A stretch of 64,000 bases of DNA from a virus (IMGVR_UViG_2915066250_000005:1-64000), one strand, 5' to 3'; shown: positions 1 through 9,119, numbered from the stretch's first letter. Notes: generated by a model not told the origin, from the sequence alone. Numbers and translations: made by a program.

Positions 1-447
1 TTATACCATCTTTCTCCAATAAAGTTTGAGTGACAAACTCACTAATATTAGAAAAATTCCAGTTATTACAAGTGTATAAAAAACAACCATATTAAAATAA
101 CTAGCTAAAATAGAAACTACAAAAATTCCAAGTGCTATTTTCCATATTAAATTAGAACCTGATTTTAGTTTTATAAAATTTTTCCTTTCATCATGTTCAT
201 CAATGTACAATTCTCTTAATAATTTATCGTCCTTTAAAGCTTTCCTAATTCTAAACACCCAGAAAACACAAATTATTTCTATTCCTAATGTTAATCCATC
301 AATAAATCCTAATGCTGAATCATTGAGCCTAGCCTGATCCTTTAATAAAAAATTACCTATTCCCCAAAATATCAGTGCAAAACTTATATAAGATTTATAT
401 AATCTTTCCCTTTTTTTCAATACTTCATGATAATTTTCTAAATTCAT
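1..447 (-). CDS. Membrane protein (moron, paired with XRE regulator)
   Basis: 148 aa with about four hydrophobic segments; start overlaps the stop of the upstream HTH gene. Confidence 0.7.
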   Translation of the reverse strand: MNLENYHEVLKKRERLYKSYISFALIFWGIGNFLLKDQARLNDSALGFIDGLTLGIEIICVFWVFRIRKALKDDKLLRELYIDEHDERKNFIKLKSGSNLIWKIALGIFVVSILASYFNMVVFYTLVITGIFLILVSLSLKLYWRKMV

Positions 448-647
448 TATTCATCCTCCTCTAGTTCAAATACATCTTCTATCTTTAGGTTAAAATATTT
501 AGCTATCTTATAAGCTAATGGCAAAGACGCTATGTATTTTTCAGTTTCTATAGATGTAATAGTTTGCCTTGTAACTCCAACAATATCAGCAAGTTCAGCT
601 TGGGATAATTTCTTTTCTTTTCTTAATTCAGGAATCCTTGTCTTCAA
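447..647 (-). CDS. XRE/Cro-family HTH transcriptional regulator
   Basis: 66 aa, LRKEKKLSQAELADIVGVTRQTITSIE is a typical HTH_3 pattern. Confidence 0.9.
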   Translation of the reverse strand: MKTRIPELRKEKKLSQAELADIVGVTRQTITSIETEKYIASLPLAYKIAKYFNLKIEDVFELEEDE

Positions 648-691
648 TTAACCACCTTCTTTATATAATACATAATTTACTTTCCACTATA

Positions 692-733
692 AGTATAGTT
701 TGCTTTGCATTTATTATCAAGTTAGCTTTGCAT
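692..733 (-). promoter_or_regulatory. Sigma70-type promoter of the XRE gene with tandem operator-like repeats
   Basis: TTGATA-17 bp-TATACT on the minus strand; 14-bp direct repeats with one mismatch at 697-710 and 720-733. Confidence 0.6.
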
Positions 734-746
734 AAATAACGTAAAT

Positions 747-3377
747 TTAAAAAACAATCAATCCCCTATCATCATAAACAGATTCACTTGTATCATTGCC
801 ACATCTTATCGCCCTATCAAGGGCCATGATGGTTGCAATTACACCATCTATCTTTTCTGTAGACTTTTCCTTATCTGCTTTTATGTTTCCTGCCGGGTCT
901 GTTCGAATAAATATATTATCCATCATCCACCTTAAAACAGGATGACCTCCATGAGCGATTTTTCTTTCAAGGGTTAGTTTCATGAGTTCTTTTGTAGGAG
1001 GAGACATATCTTTAAAACCTTGTCCAAATGGAACTACAGTAAATCCCATACCTTCTAAGTTTTGAACCATCTGGACTGCTCCCCATCTATCAAAGGCAAT
1101 TTCTCGGATGTTATATATCTCACCTAAGTATTCGATAAATTTTTCTATAAAGCCATAGTGGACTACATTACCTTCAGTGGTTTGAAGATAGCCTTGTTTT
1201 TGCCATAAGTCATAATTGACATGATCCCTTTTTACTCTTAAGTCTAGATTATCTTCTGGCAACCAAAAGTAGGGTAGGATTTGAAATTTATCATCTTCAT
1301 CAAGTGGAGGAAAGACTAAGACAAAAGCTGTTATATCTGTTGTAGAAGAAAGGTCAAGACCACCATAGCAAACTCTTCCTTTTAATTCTTCTTCATTTAC
1401 TTTGAAGTTGCAAGCATCCCACTTGTCCATAGGCATCCACCTAATTGCTTGCTTTACCCATTGGTTTAGTCTTAATTGTCTAAAGGAATTTTCCTCTGCA
1501 GGATTTTGTTTTGCAGAGTTGAAGGCTTGTCTTACCTTTTCTATTGGAACTGTAATTCCTAAAGATGGATTCGCCTTATACCATACTTTTTCATCTGTCC
1601 AATCATCTTCCCTATCTGCTCCGTAAATTACAGGGTAAAAAGTTGAATCAGTTTTTCTTCCTTCAAGGATATCTACTGCCTTTTGATGTGTTTCATAGCA
1701 GATTGATTTTGTATCTGTACCTGCTGTTGTTATTAAGAAGTATAAAGGCTGAGTCCTTGCATCTCCTGAACCCTTGGTCATTACATCAAATAGCTTTCTA
1801 TTAGGCTGGGTGTGAAGTTCATCAAAGACTACACCATGAATATTAAATCCGTGTTTAGAATAAGCCTCTGCAGATAAAACTTGATAGAAAGAATTAGTAG
1901 GCTTATATATCATTCTCTTTTGAGATGCTAGAATCTTTACTCTTTTAGAAAGGGCAGGAGACATTCTAACCATATCTGCTGCTACATCAAAGACAATAGT
2001 TGCTTGCTGTCTATCTGCTGCACATCCATAGACTTCTGCTCTTTCTTCTCCATCTCCACAGGTTAGAAGTAAGGCTACTGCTGCTGCAAGTTCACTATTA
2101 TGTGTTGGTAAAAAAGAACGCCCCACCAAATACTGGTGTGACGGACTATCTACTTGAATGCACTGCATCCCTTTATTTTTTACTTTTTCTATGCTTTCTA
2201 TATATCTGTAATGACTTCTAGTTCTTGGATTTCTTTTTACAGCATTTTTTTGTTTTCTTTTAAGGCTTGCTATTCTCAAATCATCAAATGCAGTAAATTT
2301 TACATAATATAATGTTTCTCCTGTCTTTCTTCTACCGCATTCATCGCTAGGTTTATCCATATCATTTCTTATAGTTGATGGAGCTTTAGTAATTGCATTT
2401 TTTATTCCTAACGACCATAAAAGTTCACTAACACTTTCAGAGAGTGCTTTTTCAGTAGAAGTATAGATAGCTTGTCCTTTTATAGTGGATATAGAGCCAT
2501 CTGAATCCATAAGACCCTGCAATAGTTCCAGTCTTTGTTCCACGGATGCCCTCAAATATATCATTGGTATAACTTTATCATGAAAAGATTTAAGTAGGAT
2601 TTTTCTTAATTCAGGAATCCTTACTACTTTAGAATCTCCATTGTTTTGCCACCTATTTCCTATTTTATGATTTGGCCAGACTTTGTTTAAAACTTCTACC
2701 ACATCACAAGTTTGAATAGTTAGTTCTGGTTTTACTGCATTTCCATTTCCTAACCAATATCCCATTAGGTAAGGATCTATTTCTAAATCTGTATATTCTG
2801 TTTTTATTTTTTCAGCTACTTTTATTCTAAATCTAAGACAAGATTCATTTTCTCTAGGCATATTAAATAATTCTTCTGTTGTAATGGTAACATCTTTTCT
2901 CTTTCCTCTTGTGATTTGCCCTACCCATTCATGTCTTGCACCAGCTATAATTTCTTCGCCATCTTTAAATTTAATTTTATACGCCTGTTCTTTATAATCT
3001 ACTTTACTTTTTGCTACAACATTACATTGATTGCCTTTTTCATCAAATATTACATCACCTACTCTTATTTTCCCCATAGTGGTAAAACCATTTGGTGTAG
3101 GAATTAAAGTATTTAGGTCTAGCTGTTTTCCTTGTTTTTTAGGTATTTCAATATATGCCGTGTTAAATTGCCTGTACCCTGTTTCTTTGACAATTCCAAA
3201 TAAATCTCTTATAATTTCTTCTTGCCAGTCAATCAATTTAAAAGGCTTACCTGCCCATCTGCCCTTTGTGTGTTTTAGACATTCGATAAAAGTAACTGCA
3301 TAGTCAGCCTTGTTTTTATCATAGTGTGACGAATCAAGCATGAACTTTGTAGGCTTATAATTTTTTAATTTTTTCAT
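747..3377 (-). CDS. terL: Phage terminase large subunit with intein
   Basis: Walker A PKKQGK|SEL is split by an insertion; Walker B VVFDELH; C-terminal half closely matches the intein-free terminase at 62644-63999. Confidence 0.95.
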   Translation of the reverse strand: MKKLKNYKPTKFMLDSSHYDKNKADYAVTFIECLKHTKGRWAGKPFKLIDWQEEIIRDLFGIVKETGYRQFNTAYIEIPKKQGKQLDLNTLIPTPNGFTTMGKIRVGDVIFDEKGNQCNVVAKSKVDYKEQAYKIKFKDGEEIIAGARHEWVGQITRGKRKDVTITTEELFNMPRENESCLRFRIKVAEKIKTEYTDLEIDPYLMGYWLGNGNAVKPELTIQTCDVVEVLNKVWPNHKIGNRWQNNGDSKVVRIPELRKILLKSFHDKVIPMIYLRASVEQRLELLQGLMDSDGSISTIKGQAIYTSTEKALSESVSELLWSLGIKNAITKAPSTIRNDMDKPSDECGRRKTGETLYYVKFTAFDDLRIASLKRKQKNAVKRNPRTRSHYRYIESIEKVKNKGMQCIQVDSPSHQYLVGRSFLPTHNSELAAAVALLLTCGDGEERAEVYGCAADRQQATIVFDVAADMVRMSPALSKRVKILASQKRMIYKPTNSFYQVLSAEAYSKHGFNIHGVVFDELHTQPNRKLFDVMTKGSGDARTQPLYFLITTAGTDTKSICYETHQKAVDILEGRKTDSTFYPVIYGADREDDWTDEKVWYKANPSLGITVPIEKVRQAFNSAKQNPAEENSFRQLRLNQWVKQAIRWMPMDKWDACNFKVNEEELKGRVCYGGLDLSSTTDITAFVLVFPPLDEDDKFQILPYFWLPEDNLDLRVKRDHVNYDLWQKQGYLQTTEGNVVHYGFIEKFIEYLGEIYNIREIAFDRWGAVQMVQNLEGMGFTVVPFGQGFKDMSPPTKELMKLTLERKIAHGGHPVLRWMMDNIFIRTDPAGNIKADKEKSTEKIDGVIATIMALDRAIRCGNDTSESVYDDRGLIVF
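2097..3125 (-). other. Intein (343 aa) with LAGLIDADG homing endonuclease; class 3 signature
   Basis: Begins QLDLNTLIPTPNG and ends PTHN before Ser+1; block B HEW, block F MQCIQV, block G THN; LAGLIDADG-like LMGYWLGNGN and LLQGLMDSDG. Confidence 0.9.
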
Positions 3378-3490
3378 TGAACCTCCTTCCTGTAAAAATG
3401 GGCATAGCCTGTTTTTGACAAATCATAGATTTGAAACAAACAGGCATCTGACCTACCTACGACTAACTAAAGTTCGTCGGGTTAGGTCAT

Positions 3491-3512
3491 AAAAAAAAGA
3501 CCCTCCAGGTCT
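3491..3512 (-). terminator. Intrinsic terminator upstream of terL
   Basis: AGACC-TGGAG-GGTCT followed by T8 on the minus strand. Confidence 0.6.
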
Positions 3513-3550
3513 ACTACGACAAATAGGGCCTTAGCTCCTTGTCAATTTTG

Positions 3551-3745
3551 TTAAAATAAGTCGTCTATTTTATTATACTCTGCTTTCAATTTTACTAACT
3601 CTTGCCATATACATTGCGCTCTAAAATTATTCCTTGTTTCTCTAAGTTTTTCCTCTAAATCATTTATTTCCTGTTTTCTTCTCTTAAGTACTTCCACTCC
3701 ATTGCCTTCTTTTGCGTCCTTATAGTCTCTTTCAAATGTAGTCAT
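3551..3745 (-). CDS. Small phage hypothetical protein (coiled coil)
   Basis: 64-aa ORF in the small-gene cluster before terL. Confidence 0.7.
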   Translation of the reverse strand: MTTFERDYKDAKEGNGVEVLKRRKQEINDLEEKLRETRNNFRAQCIWQELVKLKAEYNKIDDLF

Positions 3746-3746
3746 T

Positions 3747-4031
3747 TTATTTTCTCGCTTTCTTTATTTCTTTGTAAGCTTTCTTAAGTTCTCTATCTAG
3801 TGTTTCTGATTCTGCAAAAAGTTTGAATTCTTCTTCTGTTAAGTTTCCTTTTTATTCTTCCCAAAGTTCTTCATGAACTTGGTCTGCACATTTCTTTGCT
3901 GTTCCTGCTATGTCTAAAAGGTTAACGGCTGCTCCAATCTTACCTTCTTTTGATTTTTTTATTGAGTTTTCAACGTATCTTTTGCAAGCTTTAACTTCTG
4001 TTTCTAATCTTTCTAAAAGGTCTTTTTTCAT
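3747..4031 (-). pseudogene. Small phage gene with an in-frame TAA at 3852-3854
   Basis: RBS AAGGAG then ATG at 4031 (MKKDLL...). The frame stays open for 34 codons after the TAA, to a stop next to the following gene's start. Confidence 0.55.
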
Positions 4032-4131
4032 GGTTTTACTCTCCTTTGCTTTTGTTATATACATATTCCCGTATAAGAGAGTTTTAGTCAAGTCTTTTAT
4101 GCCTATAAATCGGCTATTTTTCAATCTTTTT

Positions 4132-4437
4132 TTAAAGATTATCTATAAAATCGTCAAACCATTTTGCTCCAATCTCAAGCCTTATCATTGGAAGTCTACC
4201 AAGCTTATTATATTTTAAACTTACTATCCTTAAGTCTTCTGGTAGGTTAGTTTCGTAAAGTGCATTGATTGTTTTTCCCATTGTGATGTAAATTGTGTCA
4301 TCTTCAATGTAATCCTTTAGATAATCTTTGAAAGCTAGGTCTCCATTTTCTCCTTCAAAAAGTCCAAGCATTGTAATTGCTGAAGAGTCGATTAACTCCT
4401 TTACATCATCTTTTGTTTTCATGTATCTGTATGTCAT
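4132..4437 (-). CDS. Phage hypothetical protein
   Basis: 101-aa ORF with RBS AAGGAG. Confidence 0.7.
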   Translation of the reverse strand: MTYRYMKTKDDVKELIDSSAITMLGLFEGENGDLAFKDYLKDYIEDDTIYITMGKTINALYETNLPEDLRIVSLKYNKLGRLPMIRLEIGAKWFDDFIDNL

Positions 4438-4451
4438 CTTTTTCTCCTTAT

Positions 4452-4703
4452 TTAAGAAAGGGCCAAGAATTCATCGTAGGTTATTAAGCCGTCATCGTAA
4501 TCTTGGTAAAATTGGTTGTCTTTATACTTTTCTCTTTCCACTTCTTTTCTCTTTTTATACATTTCCATGTATTCGTTCCAGCCTATTTTGCCTTCATCAT
4601 AAAGTTTTCTTTCAGGCTCTTCTTTGTATAGTTTTTCTCTCTTTTCTTCTAATCTCTTTGTCGCTTCTAAAAATGTTTGTCTTTTTAATTCTTGGTTTGT
4701 CAT
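4452..4703 (-). CDS. Phage hypothetical protein (probable start MTNQELK at 4703)
   Basis: RBS GAGGAG and a repeated promoter lie upstream of 4703; the longer ORF-track start runs through that promoter. Confidence 0.65.
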   Translation of the reverse strand: MTNQELKRQTFLEATKRLEEKREKLYKEEPERKLYDEGKIGWNEYMEMYKKRKEVEREKYKDNQFYQDYDDGLITYDEFLALS

Positions 4704-4792
4704 TTTTACTTTCTCCTCTCTTTTTCTTATACACATATTCCCGTATAAGAGAGGGTTAGTCAAGTTATTAACGCATGAATATCCGCTATTTT

Positions 4793-5017
4793 TCAATGTT
4801 TTTTAGAGATTACTTTCACTCTGTCTACTTTAAAGATTACATTTAAACTTGAACCATTATCCCATTCGACTATAATTGAACCAATATCATCAACGCCTAT
4901 AACAGTACCTAAAGTTCCTCTTGGAGGAGCTTGTTCATCTTCCATTTGGATTAGTTTTACTCTTGTGCCTACTGGATATATTTCTCTTAAAGTTTTAATC
5001 ATTTCCCTTGAAATCAT
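4793..5017 (-). CDS. DUF4314-like small phage protein
   Basis: YPVGTRVKLIQMED...DDIGSIIVEWDNGSSL pattern. Confidence 0.75.
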   Translation of the reverse strand: MISREMIKTLREIYPVGTRVKLIQMEDEQAPPRGTLGTVIGVDDIGSIIVEWDNGSSLNVIFKVDRVKVISKKH

Positions 5018-5060
5018 CTCATCACCTCACATACATACATTGCTCAGAAGTATTTATATA

Positions 5061-6503
5061 TCAAGTCTTATTGGCTATATTTACCAATCTTTTAAAAATA
5101 TATATTGCACAGGGTAGGGCAATTCCATTTCCCCACATCTTGTATTCTGCAGAATCAGTATGAGGCTTTTTAAGCCATTTTATTATTTGCTTATCTGTTT
5201 TCTTCTTTTTTAGTCCTTTTATTTCAGCATCTTTGTCAAAAACTTGTCTCCAAAATTTCAGGTCATCTTCAGTTGGATTTTCTATTCCTAAGCCTTCACA
5301 CCAATAATCAGGAAAACCTTGTAATCTCCCACATTCTTTTGGCGTAAGTCTTCTTACAAGTTTTTGATTAACAAGTGGAGGTTCTTTATAGTCCGTTGCT
5401 ACTAGGGGAGATGAGATGTTTTTATCAGATTTTGTAAAGTGAGAGTTTTTACTCATTGAGTAGACATCCTCTACTACAGCTAGTCCACCTTGATTCCTTG
5501 TTGGAGTATTCCCACTGGTATCTATAGTTCTTGAAACATCACATTTATAGATATTATGTCTTTCGCTTTTAGTATTTTCTGAAGTCTGACGAATATCATA
5601 CACTACGAAAGGTTGATTGTTTCCACCTTGACCAAGATTTGATGCAAGGGTTGGGCTTTCATCAAGTGGACCTTTGTATCTTGCATCTTGTCCATGATTT
5701 TCGTAAACAAGTGGAGGATTTCCAGCCTTTGCTCTTAGAGTTCCAGATTCTTCTAAGTAATAGTCCATCCTCTCTCCGCCCTGGTCATTTAAGCAGATTG
5801 TTTTTCTAGTGCATCCTTCAGTGGTTTTGGGATTTCTTTTCCTTTCCTCTTTGCTCTTTGTAAAATCCCTTGGCAGGCTTTTGGAGTCAAATAATATTTC
5901 TCTGGCACTTCTTCCTCCAAAATCTGCGACAAGAAAGATTCTTCTACGTCTTTGGGGTACTCCAAAGTATTTAGCATCAAGGACTCTCCAAGCAAGGGAA
6001 AATTCATCTCCCATGATTTCTCCAGCATATTTCCACTTGTTAGGTTTAGGTATTGATATTCTGGGATTTTTAATTCTTGTAATTTCTTCAAGGACGCATC
6101 TGAAATCTTCTCCCTTATTAGAGGAAAAGGCTCCTGGTACATTCTCCCAAAGGATGTATCTTGGGTATTTACCACCTGTTTTACACCTCATTTCTTTTAT
6201 AACTCGTATTGCCTCATAGAATAGATTTGATTTAAAGCCTCTAAGGCCTTGTCTTTTACCTGCAATAGATAAATCTTGGCAAGGGCTACCAAAGGAGATG
6301 ATATCTACTGGTGGTATTTCTCTTCCAGCGACATCTTTTATATCACCAAAATGTTTAACATAAGGTATGTTCTTCTGTGTAACTCTTATAGGGAAGGGCT
6401 CGACTTCAGATGCCCATATTGGTTTAATTCCAACCTTAATAGCAGCAAGTGGAAAACCTCCGCTTCCATCAAATAGAGAACCGAGTGTAAGATTAGGATT
6501 CAT
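5061..6503 (-). CDS. Phage C5-cytosine DNA methyltransferase with long variable region
   Basis: Motifs I LFDGSGG, IV GSPCQD, VI ENVPG, VIII PQRRRRIF, IX RRLTPKECGRLQGFPD, X WGNG. Confidence 0.93.
   Translation of the reverse strand: MNPNLTLGSLFDGSGGFPLAAIKVGIKPIWASEVEPFPIRVTQKNIPYVKHFGDIKDVAGREIPPVDIISFGSPCQDLSIAGKRQGLRGFKSNLFYEAIRVIKEMRCKTGGKYPRYILWENVPGAFSSNKGEDFRCVLEEITRIKNPRISIPKPNKWKYAGEIMGDEFSLAWRVLDAKYFGVPQRRRRIFLVADFGGRSAREILFDSKSLPRDFTKSKEERKRNPKTTEGCTRKTICLNDQGGERMDYYLEESGTLRAKAGNPPLVYENHGQDARYKGPLDESPTLASNLGQGGNNQPFVVYDIRQTSENTKSERHNIYKCDVSRTIDTSGNTPTRNQGGLAVVEDVYSMSKNSHFTKSDKNISSPLVATDYKEPPLVNQKLVRRLTPKECGRLQGFPDYWCEGLGIENPTEDDLKFWRQVFDKDAEIKGLKKKKTDKQIIKWLKKPHTDSAEYKMWGNGIALPCAIYIFKRLVNIANKT
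5789..6175 (-). CDS. Nested out-of-frame ORF inside the C5 MTase (beta-subunit-like)
   Basis: 128 aa, GTG start with GAGGTG 8 nt upstream; C-terminus LSQILEEEVPEKYYLTPKACQGILQRA. Confidence 0.6.
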   Translation of the reverse strand: MVNTQDTSFGRMYQEPFPLIREKISDASLKKLQELKIPEYQYLNLTSGNMLEKSWEMNFPLLGESLMLNTLEYPKDVEESFLSQILEEEVPEKYYLTPKACQGILQRAKRKGKEIPKPLKDALEKQSA

Positions 6504-7746
6504 CTTTAACTAACTCTGAATACTTATATTCCTTACCATCTCTTAGAAGCCTTATTTCTTCATCGCTGCCAACTAAATTCAAATATCTTTTAACAGCTAC
6601 ATCAACAAATTTAGGCTCTATTTCTATACCGTAACAAGTTCTATTAAGTTGTTCACAAGCAATAAGTGTTGATGCACTTCCAAGAAATCCATCAAGGACT
6701 AATCCGTTAGTTTGAGTAGATTGTTTTATTAAATATGCAATAAGTGGGACTGGCTTTGATGATGGATGACCACAGCCTTCTTTTTCTGAATCTTTAATGC
6801 TGTCAAATTCAAAAACTGCTGTCTGCTTTTGATCTCCATACCAGTTGTGCTTCCCATCTTTTCTCCAACCAAATATGATAGGCTCCATATTAAATTTCCA
6901 ATCTGTCCTCATAAAAGGTGCTCTTGGTTTCTTCCAAATAAGACCTGCACCAACTTTAAATCCTGCATCTTCAAAGGCATCATAGAAAACTCTTGCCTTC
7001 ATCGTTGCATAGAATTCATAGATTGATGCATCTATAGCCATTGCATCTTTGAAGTTAGTGAATACTTTCATTAAGAATTCATAGGCCTCTTTATCATTTA
7101 AGTTGTCGTTTTTAATTGTCCCTGACTTGTTTTTCAACTCAACAAAATATGGTGCATCTGTACACACTAGATTGACCTTAGTATCTCCAAGTAACTTTTC
7201 AAAAGTATCCCATAAAGTAGAATCTCCACAGATAACTTTATGTCTTCCTAGTGTCCAGATATCTCCCATTTTAGAAAAAGTAGGTTTTTCTAATTCTCCC
7301 TCAACATCGAAATCATCATCTTCAGTCTCATTTCCTAAATCAAAAAGCTGACCTAGTTCTTCTTCTGAAAAACCTGTCAGCTCTACATTAAATCCATATT
7401 CTTCTAAGGATTCTATTTCTATTTTTAATAATTCTTCATCCCATCCAGCATCAAGACTTAGTTTATTATCGGCAAGTACATATGCTTTTCTTTGTGCATC
7501 TGTAAGATGATTTTCTAATATGCAAGGTACTTTTTTAAGTCCTAGTTTCTTAGCTGCAAGAAGTCTGCAATGACCTGCTGTGATTACATTGTCATCTGAA
7601 ATTAGGATCGGGTTTAAAAATCCAAATTCTTTTATTGATGCAGCAACTTTATTTATCTGTTCATCAGTATGCGTTCTTGCATTATTGACATAAGGAATAA
7701 GGTCATCGACATTTTTTAATTCATATTGTAAAAGTCCTTCTTTCAT
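6493..7746 (-). CDS. ParB-N domain plus N6/N4 DNA methyltransferase
   Basis: N-terminal LIPYVNNARTH (ParB-like); catalytic DAPY; HPSSKP; LDGFLGSAST. Confidence 0.9.
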   Translation of the reverse strand: MKEGLLQYELKNVDDLIPYVNNARTHTDEQINKVAASIKEFGFLNPILISDDNVITAGHCRLLAAKKLGLKKVPCILENHLTDAQRKAYVLADNKLSLDAGWDEELLKIEIESLEEYGFNVELTGFSEEELGQLFDLGNETEDDDFDVEGELEKPTFSKMGDIWTLGRHKVICGDSTLWDTFEKLLGDTKVNLVCTDAPYFVELKNKSGTIKNDNLNDKEAYEFLMKVFTNFKDAMAIDASIYEFYATMKARVFYDAFEDAGFKVGAGLIWKKPRAPFMRTDWKFNMEPIIFGWRKDGKHNWYGDQKQTAVFEFDSIKDSEKEGCGHPSSKPVPLIAYLIKQSTQTNGLVLDGFLGSASTLIACEQLNRTCYGIEIEPKFVDVAVKRYLNLVGSDEEIRLLRDGKEYKYSELVKDES

Positions 7747-8374
7747 TCAAGCATCACTCCTTTCATCACCTTATCTAATCGATTTATAATACCTGCTATA
7801 ACAGGTCTACTACAATCATTTATCTCTGCTAATTTAGTTTTAGAATATCCACAGTGTTTATTTAAAATATATATAGTCATCCAATCAGCAGTGTTAATTC
7901 TGTATCGACCACAACGCCTTTGTAATTTACCACTTTTAAGGCCAGAGTTTAATTATTTTCTAAGGTTGTAGTCCACTCTAGATTATCTAGACTATTATTT
8001 AATTTATTCCCGTCTATATGGTTTACAGATTTTAACGGATTAGTTCCAATCCATGCATTTAGCATCATTCTATGGGCTTTCAAATGCTTTTTAATACCCT
8101 TTTCTCGGATTCTATAAGTTACATATCCATCTCTATCAATACTTCCTTTAAGTTTTCTAATTCTATAATTTTCATAGTTATTTCCTGATTTCGTTTTCTG
8201 CCTATGACAGACAGAATAAAAATTACCGAATTCATCGCAAATATAACAGATATTTTCTTTGCAAAATCTATAGTTATATATTCCTATAGAATTCAATTCT
8301 GAATCTATCCATTTAATCATCTCTTTAGAATGAGAAAAACCTACTATAGTTTTTGACATTAAATTAGACCCCAC
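7743..8374 (-). pseudogene. HNH homing-type endonuclease, frameshifted near 7950
   Basis: HRMML...VNHIDGNKLNNSLDNLEW motif. The ORF stops at 7949, but a second frame is open from 7952 to a TGA overlapping the next ATG. Confidence 0.7.
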
Positions 8375-9119
8375 TTTGCAAATTCTTCAAAACCACCGAT
8401 AGAATTAATATATTCTCTAGCTATCTCAACTATATCTGAATAAGGTCTGCCATCTACAGTTTCATCACCAATTGCACAGGAGAACTCTATCTCTCTATTT
8501 TCCTTTTGTGCTTTTAAGTGGGCATAAATATTAACAGATACATCTGTTTTGGATAGGTCTTTTCCATGAAGACCTCCTCCAGTTACAGCCCTGCCCATAT
8601 CTGAGCCTAGCTTTCTATTGGTTGCTCCTGTGTCCACATCAGGACCTCCTGTCCAATAACCTAAAGGATTAATTATTGCCTTTGGATAGATTGCTTTAAG
8701 AATTTCATTATCTATATTGGATTGGCAGATGATAAGTTTTTCTCCATCAAGAATATACTTGCCATCATAAGGATAAGAACCATATATTTCTCTAGCGATG
8801 GCACTGAGTTTCTTTTCTTCTTCTGATGTAGGCACTCCTTTAAAGATTCCATTATCTCCACACCTAATTTTCCCTTCTTGATTATTAGATAGGTGGATGT
8901 CTTGATTTACAATTCTAATATTTGAATCTACATTTCCAGCTATTCTCTTAATAGCGTCTTCAATTTCTTCTTTATTTAACTTACAATCCGTTTCTATAAT
9001 TACATGGCAATCTCCGTGGCCTAGTAAAACTTCAACTGCAATTGCATTATACTTATAAAAGTGGACACATTTAAAAAATAGATATACTATTAACTTAGAC
9101 ACCACAAGGAGGTATTTTT

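Noticed and set aside
1402-3303. Plus-strand ORFs antisense to terL, and similar antisense ORFs throughout (e.g. 5809-6219, 52723-53901, 63293-63523)
   Set aside because: They are shadows of well-supported minus-strand genes, with no recognisable motifs. Their similarity between elements only reflects terL homology.
9040-9105. ORF-track start MVSKLIV... for metK at 9105
   Set aside because: The first residues come from the IS left end; the real start is at 10419, beyond the IS.
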